Positions 34,227-41,856 of a stretch of DNA of 43,354 bases are shown piece by piece. The notes beneath the pieces were generated by a model. The model was not told the origin of the DNA. It did not search any database and worked only from the letters and a program-made list of their open reading frames with translations. Location of the stretch: positions 1 through 43,354 of IMG/VR virus record IMGVR_UViG_3300021411_000013. One strand, given 5' to 3'. Position numbers and translations under genes: made by a program. This stretch comes from a virus (Duplodnaviria; Caudoviricetes). Every line of letters starts with the position of its first letter. Position 1 is the first letter of the stretch.

Positions 34227-35998
34227 AGCCAACCACGCTCACCCTGGACCTAGAAACGCGAAGCGCAGCCGAGCGATGGGACTACGCTCCCGAGGATTTC
34301 GTCCGTTTGGGCGGCTTCGCCTGGGGGGACGGCCCCGTCCAGCTGTCCACGGACATAGAAGAGCTCCGGGACACAGCCCGCCGTGCCGACCGCATCGTCG
34401 GGCACGTTGTGCATGCCTTCGACCTGTCGGTGCTGTTCGGCAAGGACTCTATCGAGCCGCTGGAGATGGCGCTCGAAGACAAGATTTACGATACTTTCGC
34501 CGACGGCCCCGTCGTCATGCCCTACCCCGAGTCCTACGAGCACTACACGGGGGTGATCAAGGGCTGCTCCGGACCCGGCTCCGCGCGAACGTACTACAGC
34601 CTGAATCAGATGAGTTTCGAGCTTGGCACCCGTCGTAAGGTCAACAGCGTCACGGATCTGGCCAAGAAATTTGGCGGCTTCGAGAAGATCCCCACGGACG
34701 ATGAGGAGTTTCGCGCGTACCTGATCGGGGACATCGAGGCCTCCCGAGATCTGGCAACGGCCATGCTCACCAAGTACCCATGGTCCGAGTACCGAAAGAT
34801 GGAGCAACGCAAGCACGGCATCCTAGCCCAGATCTCCCGCACCGGCATCCCTATCGACGCCACGGCTGCCCGCGAGCGTATCCAGGTCCTGGAAGACCGC
34901 AAGGCACACCACCTGTCCTGGTTGGAGCGCGACTACGGCTTTCCAACCACCGGCAAGGCACCGCTCCGCTCGAACCCAGGCAAGGCAGCCGTGCTGGCGG
35001 CCCTGGCCTCCGTGGGCGTCCACGAGGACGACCTCCCCCGTACCAAGGGCGGCGCACCGTCCATGGGTGGCGACGCGGTCAAGGATGCCGCTGCCGGCAA
35101 GGGCGACGCTGCCGAGGCTCTCGCGGAGTCCATCGCTGCGATTTCCGGCGCGCGGATGACTGCGGAGATGTTGCTCCGTAATCAGAGCTCCGACGGCCGA
35201 GCCCACCCGGAAATCACGGCTCTGCAGCGCTCCGGTCGGTTCAGCTTCACGAACCCGGGCCTGACGGTCGTTGGTGCTCGCGGCGACGGCGCCAACGACC
35301 GCAAGATCATCGCTGCCAAGCTCGGCCACTTCATCGTGGAGTTCGACTTCGCTGGCGCGGACACCCGTGCTGTGGCAGCTTACAGCGGCGACGAGGCGTT
35401 CTACCGGGATTACGTCCTTGGCGATGCGCACACGACCACCGCGTCCCTTATCTGGCCGGACGACGCTCTGCTGCCTAACGGCAAGCACCCTCAGCGGCAG
35501 CGCGCAAAGGCAGTCACTCACGGGTCTGCGTACCGAATCGGCGCCCGTAAGCTGGCGTCAATGACGGGGTTGTCCAAGTCTGAGGCTGAGAAGTTCCTGG
35601 CCAATCTGGCGCGGGCGTACCCAAAGCGTACGGCGTGGCAGGAGATCTGCACGATATCCGGAAAGTTGTCCGGTCAGGTGACGTCAGCGTGGGGACGCAG
35701 CCTTCCTGTAGATGTGGGGCGCAGCTACACGCAATCTACTGCGCAACTGGGTCAGTCAGCGACGCGGGAACTCCTCACGGAGGGCCTGCTCCGCCTGCCG
35801 GTAAGGCTGTTGTGCCGAGTGGTAGGACTCGTGCACGACGCCGCGCTCTTCGAGCTCGAAGAGGGTACGGTAGAGGAGGACATGAAGATCATCAAGAAGG
35901 CTTTCAACCTAACCTTTCACCCGCCCGGGGGAATCGCCGTGCCGTTTACAATGGAGTCGGGAGTCCCTGGGCGCAACTGGTATGAGGCTGGGCATTGA
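34223..35998 (+). CDS. polA: DNA polymerase I (family A) with 3'-5' exonuclease domain
   Basis: Exo motifs DLET, GH...FD, Y..GD; QRSGRFS..NP; motif A DFAGADTR, motif B RQRAKAVTHG..Y, motif C VHD. Confidence 0.92.
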   Translation: MKPTTLTLDLETRSAAERWDYAPEDFVRLGGFAWGDGPVQLSTDIEELRDTARRADRIVGHVVHAFDLSVLFGKDSIEPLEMALEDKIYDTFADGPVVMPYPESYEHYTGVIKGCSGPGSARTYYSLNQMSFELGTRRKVNSVTDLAKKFGGFEKIPTDDEEFRAYLIGDIEASRDLATAMLTKYPWSEYRKMEQRKHGILAQISRTGIPIDATAARERIQVLEDRKAHHLSWLERDYGFPTTGKAPLRSNPGKAAVLAALASVGVHEDDLPRTKGGAPSMGGDAVKDAAAGKGDAAEALAESIAAISGARMTAEMLLRNQSSDGRAHPEITALQRSGRFSFTNPGLTVVGARGDGANDRKIIAAKLGHFIVEFDFAGADTRAVAAYSGDEAFYRDYVLGDAHTTTASLIWPDDALLPNGKHPQRQRAKAVTHGSAYRIGARKLASMTGLSKSEAEKFLANLARAYPKRTAWQEICTISGKLSGQVTSAWGRSLPVDVGRSYTQSTAQLGQSATRELLTEGLLRLPVRLLCRVVGLVHDAALFELEEGTVEEDMKIIKKAFNLTFHPPGGIAVPFTMESGVPGRNWYEAGH

Positions 35999-36357
35999 TG
36001 ATCAAAACCTGCAGGAGGTGCGATCTTCCCTTTGAGACAAACCGCCCTCGTCTGATCTTTTGTTCCGACAGCTGTCGAGTCTCGGCGGATCGCGCATGGC
36101 GTCGGGGGACAGTTCGCGAAGATCTACCTGTTGGAGTGGTGGCCCACCTTGACACGCGGCCGGACAGCGACTATGGTCAAGGCATGAGAATCAGCTTGGT
36201 AGTCACAGTAGAAGTCGACCGCGAGGACTGGGAGCGGTCGTACGGGGCGCAGCCCGGCGCCCTCCTCCGCCAGGACGTCAAGTCCTACGTGACTTCGCTC
36301 CTCAGCGGCAGCGTAGCCGTGGAAGACGGCACCGTCCGCCGGATCGAAGTGCGCTGA
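35998..36357 (+). CDS. Hypothetical protein: N-terminal CxxC...FCSxxC zinc finger in frame with a downstream 57-aa ORF (start 36184)
   Basis: TCRRCDLPFE...FCSDSCR; internal promoter with leaderless ATG at 36184. Confidence 0.6.
   Translation: MIKTCRRCDLPFETNRPRLIFCSDSCRVSADRAWRRGTVREDLPVGVVAHLDTRPDSDYGQGMRISLVVTVEVDREDWERSYGAQPGALLRQDVKSYVTSLLSGSVAVEDGTVRRIEVR
36149..36177 (+). promoter_or_regulatory. Promoter TTGACA-N17-TATGGT, 6 nt before ATG 36184 (leaderless)
   Basis: Near-consensus elements. Confidence 0.8.
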
Positions 36358-36458
36358 TGTGGGGGATCCTGTACTACTCCGTCATCATCGGCATCGTCGC
36401 AGTCCCGACGGTCGCCGTCGCTCAGCTCATCGTCGCCCGCATCCGGAGGAAGGGCTAG
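36357..36458 (+). CDS. Small TM protein (33 aa, MWGILYYSVIIGIVAVP...)
   Basis: TGATG coupling; hydrophobic helix plus RIRRK tail. Confidence 0.6.
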   Translation: MWGILYYSVIIGIVAVPTVAVAQLIVARIRRKG

Positions 36459-36460
36459 CC

Positions 36461-36631
36461 ATGCTCCGCAAAGTGCCCTCGGCTCTCGTCGCTCATCTCC
36501 GTGAGCCACGCTCCGAGGACCCTTCGCGCTGGTGGCTCCTCGTCCTCGCCGCCGCAGACATTCGTCACCTGCACGAGGACGGCCTGAAACTCACCCCGAA
36601 CAGCAACTGGAAGACGGGAGTACCACGATGA
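36461..36631 (+). CDS. Hypothetical protein (56 aa)
   Basis: GGAGG/GAAGG RBS. Confidence 0.55.
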   Translation: MLRKVPSALVAHLREPRSEDPSRWWLLVLAAADIRHLHEDGLKLTPNSNWKTGVPR

Positions 36632-36870
36632 GCGCGACCACCATCACCGTAGCCGTGGGTTACTCGCGGCGCCCCATCCACCCGGACCAGAGCATCAGCG
36701 CGGTCACCGTCCCGCTGCACATCGCAGACACCGGAGACCCTGCTTCCGTCCGCCAGGCGGAGATGTATGCTATGATCGAGGCGTACGGCCTGGTGTTGGC
36801 CAGGCTGAAGAGCACCGGAGACCATGAGGGCGTGATCACGTCCATGGAGATCGTTGGGGAGACGTTGTGA
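36628..36870 (+). CDS. Hypothetical protein
   Basis: GGGAG RBS, ATGA coupling. Confidence 0.65.
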   Translation: MSATTITVAVGYSRRPIHPDQSISAVTVPLHIADTGDPASVRQAEMYAMIEAYGLVLARLKSTGDHEGVITSMEIVGETL

Positions 36871-37010
36871 ACGAGATCTTTGAAGTGGACGAGGACATCC
36901 GCTGCGTCGACTGCGGCAGCCTCGCGATGGGCGAGCGCCTGCTCGGGATGAACGGTGAGGACGAGGTTGTGGATCTCGTCTGCTACGAGCACATGACGAG
37001 GTGGGCATGA
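36867..37010 (+). CDS. Small CxxC...CxxH zinc-binding protein (47 aa)
   Basis: RCVDCG...VCYEH; coupled. Confidence 0.6.
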   Translation: MNEIFEVDEDIRCVDCGSLAMGERLLGMNGEDEVVDLVCYEHMTRWA

Positions 37011-37180
37011 GAGAACCCGCGAACGGCACCCTGCTCCGCGACGAATTCGGGTTCCTGTACGAGCGTATGGGCACCGTGTGGCACGACCTTGGTACGGCGA
37101 GCCAGCCGGTCTCGCCGATCGAATGGCGTTGGGCCGACCTGGTCAAGCGCTGCGAAAGACTGGAGATCTTGTACCCATGA
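37007..37180 (+). CDS. Hypothetical protein (57 aa, EPANGTLLRDEFGFLYER)
   Basis: GAGG RBS, ATGA coupling; same module as genes at 31633-33070. Confidence 0.6.
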   Translation: MREPANGTLLRDEFGFLYERMGTVWHDLGTASQPVSPIEWRWADLVKRCERLEILYP

Positions 37181-37290
37181 TCTCCCGTGACGCTGCGCTC
37201 TTCGATCGCAAGGCGTGGCTCCTACTGGCTGCCATCGTAGCTGTGCCGGCCGCGATCGGTGCGCTGATTGGGTGGGCGTGGCCGCGATGA
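37177..37290 (+). CDS. Small TM protein (37 aa)
   Basis: ATGA coupling; hydrophobic helix. Confidence 0.6.
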   Translation: MISRDAALFDRKAWLLLAAIVAVPAAIGALIGWAWPR

Positions 37291-37793
37291 GCCCGTATCT
37301 CGCCTACGCTCTCATCGGCGCGGGCCTCGTCGTACTCTGGCTCTCCGTGCGCTGGCTCATCGGTCGCGCCCGGAAGTGGTTTCGGGTCACGTACCGCCGG
37401 GCGCCCGGGAAGCCGACGCCTTGGACGGACGAGTCCGATCCTGAGATCGGCTGGACGTATGAGGTCTACCGAAAGGGCCGCGCGCCGGACTACACGGAAA
37501 GCGAGCACCTCCCGGCACGGCGGGCGCAGCTGCTCTACGTCGGCTCCGCCAAGCGTCACCCCTTCGGGCGCCTGGCTGATCACGTCACCAAAGAGTGGTT
37601 CCCCTCGGATGCCTTGATCCGATGTGACAAGCACATTCACTACGCGGCCGCACACGACGCGGAGATCGTCAAAATCCAAGATCTACTACCGTCCGAGAAC
37701 AAGATCAGGTACACTAGTAAGCGAGTCAGCCGACCTGCAGGGGAGCTGACGCCCGTCAGCACTTCGTGGATTCGACTGGAGAGAGAACGATGA
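37287..37793 (+). CDS. Membrane-anchored GIY-YIG-like protein
   Basis: N-terminal TM helix, then GWTYEVY...LLYVG...RLADH...WF...A.DAE...I....P.EN. Confidence 0.65.
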   Translation: MSPYLAYALIGAGLVVLWLSVRWLIGRARKWFRVTYRRAPGKPTPWTDESDPEIGWTYEVYRKGRAPDYTESEHLPARRAQLLYVGSAKRHPFGRLADHVTKEWFPSDALIRCDKHIHYAAAHDAEIVKIQDLLPSENKIRYTSKRVSRPAGELTPVSTSWIRLERER

Positions 37794-38494
37794 TCACCAC
37801 CCTTGTACGCCCCCGAGAACCCCTCTCACGGGACGAGGAGCGCGCCGCAGTCAAAGCTGCCAAGAAGGGCGACCAGGCAGCCACCGAGGCTCTGTGCGCG
37901 TCCTTCGATGGCCTCATCGCCAACGAGGTCCTTCGGCACTGCCCCGTGCAGCTGTATCAAGACGGGATGTCCGCCGGCTACCTCGGCCTGATGAAGGGCA
38001 TCGAGCGCACGGACCTGCGCAAGAAGACCTCGTTCTGGACCTACGCCAAGCACTGGGTGCGCGCCGAGGTCTTGGAACTGGCCCGTACGCAGAGCAAGCC
38101 TGTCGTCCTTCCGCATGCGGACAAGCGTGTGAGCGACTCCGTGAAGGAGGATCGCGCCAACGCGATGCTTCCGCCGAAGAGCCTGGACAGGGTGATCAAC
38201 GCGGGTGCGGAGGATAGCAACGCCACGTTCACGCTCCTCGACGTGCTGGCCGAGCGCGAGGCGCCCCCGGGATCCGTGTACGACGTCCCGGTGTCCCGGG
38301 ACCTCCTGGACCACGTCGCGGGCATCACTCGCCCCGAGCTGCGGGCGCTGCTCACCCGGGTCTACGATCTGGACGGACAGGGCAAGTTGACCATCACAGA
38401 GTACGCGCGGGAGGCGGGCATCTCTGGCACGACCGCCTTCGATCAGCACAAGTCAGCTGTTGGCATCCTGCGGCGTCGCATGGGTGTGCGTTGA
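37790..38494 (+). CDS. Phage RNA polymerase sigma-70-family factor
   Basis: LSRDEE...AKKGDQAATEAL, GYLGLMKGIER.D....FWTYA.HWVR (region 2), SLD, region 4 HTH. Confidence 0.9.
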   Translation: MITTLVRPREPLSRDEERAAVKAAKKGDQAATEALCASFDGLIANEVLRHCPVQLYQDGMSAGYLGLMKGIERTDLRKKTSFWTYAKHWVRAEVLELARTQSKPVVLPHADKRVSDSVKEDRANAMLPPKSLDRVINAGAEDSNATFTLLDVLAEREAPPGSVYDVPVSRDLLDHVAGITRPELRALLTRVYDLDGQGKLTITEYAREAGISGTTAFDQHKSAVGILRRRMGVR

Positions 38495-38546
38495 GTCGCG
38501 GGGCTAGACCCGTACGAGCCAGCATAGTGATAGTGGACAAACTGGA

Positions 38547-39023
38547 ATGGAGGATACCGTGAGGATGCCCGAGGTCGTCCCCGACATGACGGAGGTGGCG
38601 GAGCGGGTGTATGCATCCCCGGAGGGGGACCCTCCGGCGCTCCCGGCGGTAAGGCGCTACCGGGAGGCGAAGCGGGCGGAAGCTGAAGACCTCATGTCCG
38701 ACAGCGATCGTTGGGCCGTGTGGGCCTTCTTCCGTGCCCAGGGGTACCGCGACAGCATCCCGGTTGAGGACGCGCTGCAGTCTGTGCTTCTCGGCATGGT
38801 GGAGGGGGGTGCCACGGGAGACATTGACCGGTCCGTGAAAAACGCCCTCATCGACACCACCCGAGCGTTCGCAGGGGACCCCGTGCCGCCCCGCACCCTG
38901 TATCGATACAAACAAGCGGTTTCCGAATCTCTGAAGCGAGGCCGAGATCTGACAGAGGAGGAGCTGCGCAGGATAGGTATCCGGCGGGCAACCGTACAGA
39001 TGCTACATCGTCAATTTGAGTGA
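38547..39023 (+). CDS. Hypothetical protein, possibly with a degenerate sigma region 2-like segment
   Basis: VEDALQSVLLGMVE resembles sigma region 2.2; HTH-like C-terminus; start uncertain (38547, 38559 or 38565). Confidence 0.55.
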   Translation: MEDTVRMPEVVPDMTEVAERVYASPEGDPPALPAVRRYREAKRAEAEDLMSDSDRWAVWAFFRAQGYRDSIPVEDALQSVLLGMVEGGATGDIDRSVKNALIDTTRAFAGDPVPPRTLYRYKQAVSESLKRGRDLTEEELRRIGIRRATVQMLHRQFE

Positions 39024-39150
39024 TTTAAGTCACAATTTATCTCCTGGCGAATATTTGGCCGGAGTATACTAAGTGTAAGGCGAGCTCCGCCAACCGACGC
39101 ACACACACTCAACGTCCATCAGCGTGGACGGTGCGGGCAGCCTTACGTAC

Positions 39151-39231
39151 GCCCAACTGTCGAAATGGAAGACGAGCCCCATTCAAACCGGGGTGGCTGC
39201 GGCCGTGTGGGTTCGAATCCCACGTTGGGTA
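39151..39231 (+). tRNA. tRNA-Leu(CAA)
   Basis: Acceptor GCCCAAC/GTTGGGT, anticodon loop TT-CAA-AC, long variable arm, GTTCGAATC T-arm; CCA not encoded. Confidence 0.8.
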
Positions 39232-39232
39232 C

Positions 39233-39336
39233 GCGGTGAGCATCGGAGCGGGGTTCCCGCCGAGACGATGTGATCCAGCTTGGGAGCGGAGCGGTACCGT
39301 TCAGTACGGTTGAAAGCTGTCGACAGGCAGCGCCGC
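39233..39336 (+). ncRNA. Putative multi-branched RNA between the two tRNAs
   Basis: Closing GCGGTG/CGCCGC; inner stems CATCG..GCGGG/CCCGC..CGATG, ACCGT/ACGGT, GCTGTC/GGCAGC. Confidence 0.4.
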
Positions 39337-39348
39337 AAATCCGCACAC

Positions 39349-39422
39349 GACGGGATGCAGCAGTCTGGTAGCTGAGCGGCCTCATAAGCCGAAAGTCGGT
39401 GGTTCAAATCCACCTCCCGTCA
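39349..39422 (+). tRNA. tRNA with CAT anticodon (Met; fMet-like body)
   Basis: Acceptor GACGGGA/TCCCGTC, D-arm CAGC-AGTCTGGTA-GCTG, loop CTCATAA, T-arm GGTGG-TTCAAAT-CCACC. Confidence 0.88.
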
Positions 39423-39443
39423 CAGTGAGAACGACCCTCTGAT

Positions 39444-39621
39444 TTCCGGCCGCGTTGCAGCCGCCGGAAGCTGTGCGCCCCGGCCCGCCGTGATCCTCAG
39501 ATGAGGTGAGCGGGGTGCTGCACGCGCACGGCCGCCGCAGGTGCTCCGCTGCCTCTCCCAGCGTTGAGCCCTGCGGCCACTACGTTGAGAGTAGGCTTGG
39601 AGCCTACGCTCGTGACACGAG
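39444..39621 (+). ncRNA. Putative structured RNA downstream of tRNA-Met (five consecutive stems)
   Basis: TTCCGGC/GCCGGAA, GCTGTGCGC/GCGCACGGC with inner CCTCA/TGAGG, GCCGCAGG/CCTGCGGC, GTAGGCT/AGCCTAC, CTCGT/ACGAG. Confidence 0.4.
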
Positions 39622-39650
39622 AAAAACCCCCCGGCCGGCTCCGGGGGGCT
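39622..39650 (-). terminator. Intrinsic terminator, U-tract on minus strand, probably bidirectional
   Basis: CCCCCCGG-N6-CCGGGGGG flanked by A5 on the plus strand. Confidence 0.75.
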
Positions 39651-39656
39651 AACTGT

Positions 39657-39884
39657 CTAGTAGTGGATGATTTCCTTGAGGGCGTTGTCCGCCCGCGTGC
39701 CCAGCTCCCGCATGACCATCGTTCCAGTCCAGTCGATACTGTGTCCCTCGTCGTCAACGTACTCGTACGCGACGCCATCCACGATCTCGAAGGCAACACC
39801 TGCGGTCAAGAAGCGGATAACCGCCCCGAAGAGGGTCTCGTCAAAGCTCATCGCGGCAACGTCTGCGGTGGTCTTGGTGATCAT
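39657..39884 (-). CDS. Acidic hypothetical protein (75 aa) in an inverted cassette
   Basis: GGAG RBS; TTGACA at 39947-39952 on minus strand; own terminator. Confidence 0.7.
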   Translation of the reverse strand: MITKTTADVAAMSFDETLFGAVIRFLTAGVAFEIVDGVAYEYVDDEGHSIDWTGTMVMRELGTRADNALKEIIHY

Positions 39885-39957
39885 CTCTGACTCCGTTTTG
39901 TAGTTGTCAATGTGTCTAAGACCATTCAAGCACGCCGGAGAGGCGGTGTCAAGTCCC

Positions 39958-40206
39958 ATGGGCAAGCCAATGCTGCGCAAAGTCAAGGGCACGATGCGCG
40001 GACGCATGCGCCACCGCCCAACCATGAAGCAGCGCCTTCGCCGTCGCCTCACCTTTCGATCCCCGGCTGCCCGGTTCGAGAGCTTCTTCAACTCCCTGAT
40101 GATCACGCAGCTCATGGGCGTCCGCATCAAGAAGCTCCCCGCCAAGATCGGCAGCCGCCGCTGGCAACGCGAGCAGCGCAGAGACAACAAGGGCAGGTTC
40201 GCGTGA
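39958..40206 (+). CDS. Very basic Arg/Lys-rich protein ending RDNKGRFA
   Basis: GTGA coupling to next gene; RDxxGRF motif; start codon uncertain. Confidence 0.6.
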   Translation: MGKPMLRKVKGTMRGRMRHRPTMKQRLRRRLTFRSPAARFESFFNSLMITQLMGVRIKKLPAKIGSRRWQREQRRDNKGRFA

Positions 40207-41324
40207 GCGTCACAGTCCCAACGTCCGACGAGCTCACCGTTGCCGTGCAGCGCATCGACGCATTGGAGAGTACGGATGCCGTTCCCGGACCACAAGGAGC
40301 TCCCGGGCCAGCTGGCCCTATGGGACCAGCCGGAGGATCCGTACCAGGACTTCCGACAGCGTTGGATAGCTACCTCGGAAGCGACGATCAGCGACTTGCA
40401 GCCTTCCTTGCCGCCTTCGACGCGGCACCGAGCGGAGCTAAACCTGTCCTAGCGCTCGCGGCACGGTCTCACGTCTTGACGGGCCAGTACAACCTTCGCA
40501 ACGGCCTGCAGATCCTCGGCCCCGGCGCAGAGACGGAGTTCGGTAACCACTGCACGGTGGCTGTAAGGCACGCAGCTGGCCTCTTCATCGTCCCGGCGGG
40601 CAACGTCCGCGACGTCGTCATTCAGGGCGTGTGCTTCGTTGGCAACGGCAGCAACGCCTTCGTGCAGGATAGTCTGCCGCTGGGCACCGGCCCGCAGATG
40701 CAGGACGTTCGTATCCTCGACTGCGGTTTCAAGTCCTTCCGCTCGATCATGAAGGCGACGCACCTGCGCTGCACGATCGACCGCACCTACGTCAACGGCG
40801 GGACCGGCACCCAGTTCGCGCTGGCAGGCTCCGATAACCAGTACTGGCCCACAGCAGGCTCGTACATGAGCTCGACCACGATGCCTGCGGGGTCCTTCTA
40901 CCTGGACTTCGTGCACATGTCACAGACGATCGTGGGGCCGCTCTACCTCACCACGGAGACGGTGGGCGTACGCGTGCAGGCCAGCTACGGTCAGCTGCGT
41001 TTCGAGGGCACGCGGTTGGACGGCACGAACCGCCCGGCAACCAGGGCTTGCCAGGCGGCGGGGCTGCTCATCACGGGCGGCGTGGGCGTCACCCTGCGGG
41101 ACGTGTGGACCTTCAACAACGCCGCAGGCGCCGGTCGCGGCCAGATTGAGATCACGGGAGGCTCCGGCCACCGCGTTCTGAATCTCGCCACCGCGCACAG
41201 CTTCGGGGGCTTCGTGGCGAGCACGCCAGCGACCAAGCCAGCCGTCTACTCCACCGTCCCGATCAAGGCCACCGAGGTGTTCAGCGATGGGATTCAGGGC
41301 ACTGCTGTCGTTGCTCCGGCGTAG
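40203..41324 (+). CDS. Collagen-linker plus right-handed beta-helix protein (tailspike/depolymerase-like)
   Basis: GPQGAPGPAGPMGPAG then pectate-lyase-like rungs (LQILGPG, DVVIQGVCFVG, DVRILDCGF, GVTLRDV). Confidence 0.75.
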   Translation: MSVTVPTSDELTVAVQRIDALESTDAVPGPQGAPGPAGPMGPAGGSVPGLPTALDSYLGSDDQRLAAFLAAFDAAPSGAKPVLALAARSHVLTGQYNLRNGLQILGPGAETEFGNHCTVAVRHAAGLFIVPAGNVRDVVIQGVCFVGNGSNAFVQDSLPLGTGPQMQDVRILDCGFKSFRSIMKATHLRCTIDRTYVNGGTGTQFALAGSDNQYWPTAGSYMSSTTMPAGSFYLDFVHMSQTIVGPLYLTTETVGVRVQASYGQLRFEGTRLDGTNRPATRACQAAGLLITGGVGVTLRDVWTFNNAAGAGRGQIEITGGSGHRVLNLATAHSFGGFVASTPATKPAVYSTVPIKATEVFSDGIQGTAVVAPA

Positions 41325-41382
41325 CGAAGGCACGCCGTGGCTCCTCTCGGACCGACCAGAGGCCCCGGCCGACAAGGTCCCT

Positions 41383-41676
41383 ATGCTCTTCCAGCTGCTC
41401 CCAACGGTCAGTGAGAGGGGCTCTCTGCTGGCAGCGGTGGAGATGACTGGATACACGGGGTCGCTGCCAACGGAGGCTCTGTGCTTCTTCGATGACGACA
41501 GCGCACGGCTGCTCACGACCACGGAGCCGTACTTCTCCTGGCATGACGAGTTTTGGTACTACGTGATCTTGACATCGGACGAGCTTGGCTCCTATCACGA
41601 ACAGGGGGCTATCGTGCTTCGCTCCGTTGTGAACCGCAGCCGAATCAACCCTACCGGGCGGCTAGCGGTCGGTTAG
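41383..41676 (+). CDS. Hypothetical protein (start uncertain)
   Basis: Open frame after the beta-helix gene; weak AAGG RBS. Confidence 0.45.
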   Translation: MLFQLLPTVSERGSLLAAVEMTGYTGSLPTEALCFFDDDSARLLTTTEPYFSWHDEFWYYVILTSDELGSYHEQGAIVLRSVVNRSRINPTGRLAVG

Positions 41677-41700
41677 AATCACCGTACCACGAGAGGCGGC

Positions 41701-41856
41701 CTACTGACGCTCGCCGAACCTCGTATCTTTCATCCCCTTGTGACGAATACGCGGCCTAACCGGAACCGGATCGTTATCTAGGTCGAAGCACTCCCGAGAG
41801 CAGTAAAGCCAGTCGTCAGTGACTGGCTTACTGCATTTCGGGCGCTCACAGACCAC
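41701..41856 (-). CDS. Small zinc-finger protein (C...C...LYCSREC)
   Basis: GTG overlapping the end of the upstream minus ORF; paralogous motif. Confidence 0.5.
   Translation of the reverse strand: MVCERPKCSKPVTDDWLYCSRECFDLDNDPVPVRPRIRHKGMKDTRFGERQ

Noticed and set aside
33263-35998. Z-genome (2-aminoadenine) or other modified-base system suggested by MazG plus variant PolA
   Set aside because: No PurZ, HD-domain dATPase or other base-synthesis or transferase gene is recognisable in the window.
39172-39195. Reading the first tRNA as a TCA (opal suppressor or Sec) tRNA
   Set aside because: Symmetric stem placement centres CAA in the 7-nt loop, the long variable arm fits Leu, and TGA is used as a normal stop with TGATG/GTGA couplings throughout.
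39233-39336. Hammerhead ribozyme in the tRNA spacer
   Set aside because: GAAA is present but the CUGANGA core is not.
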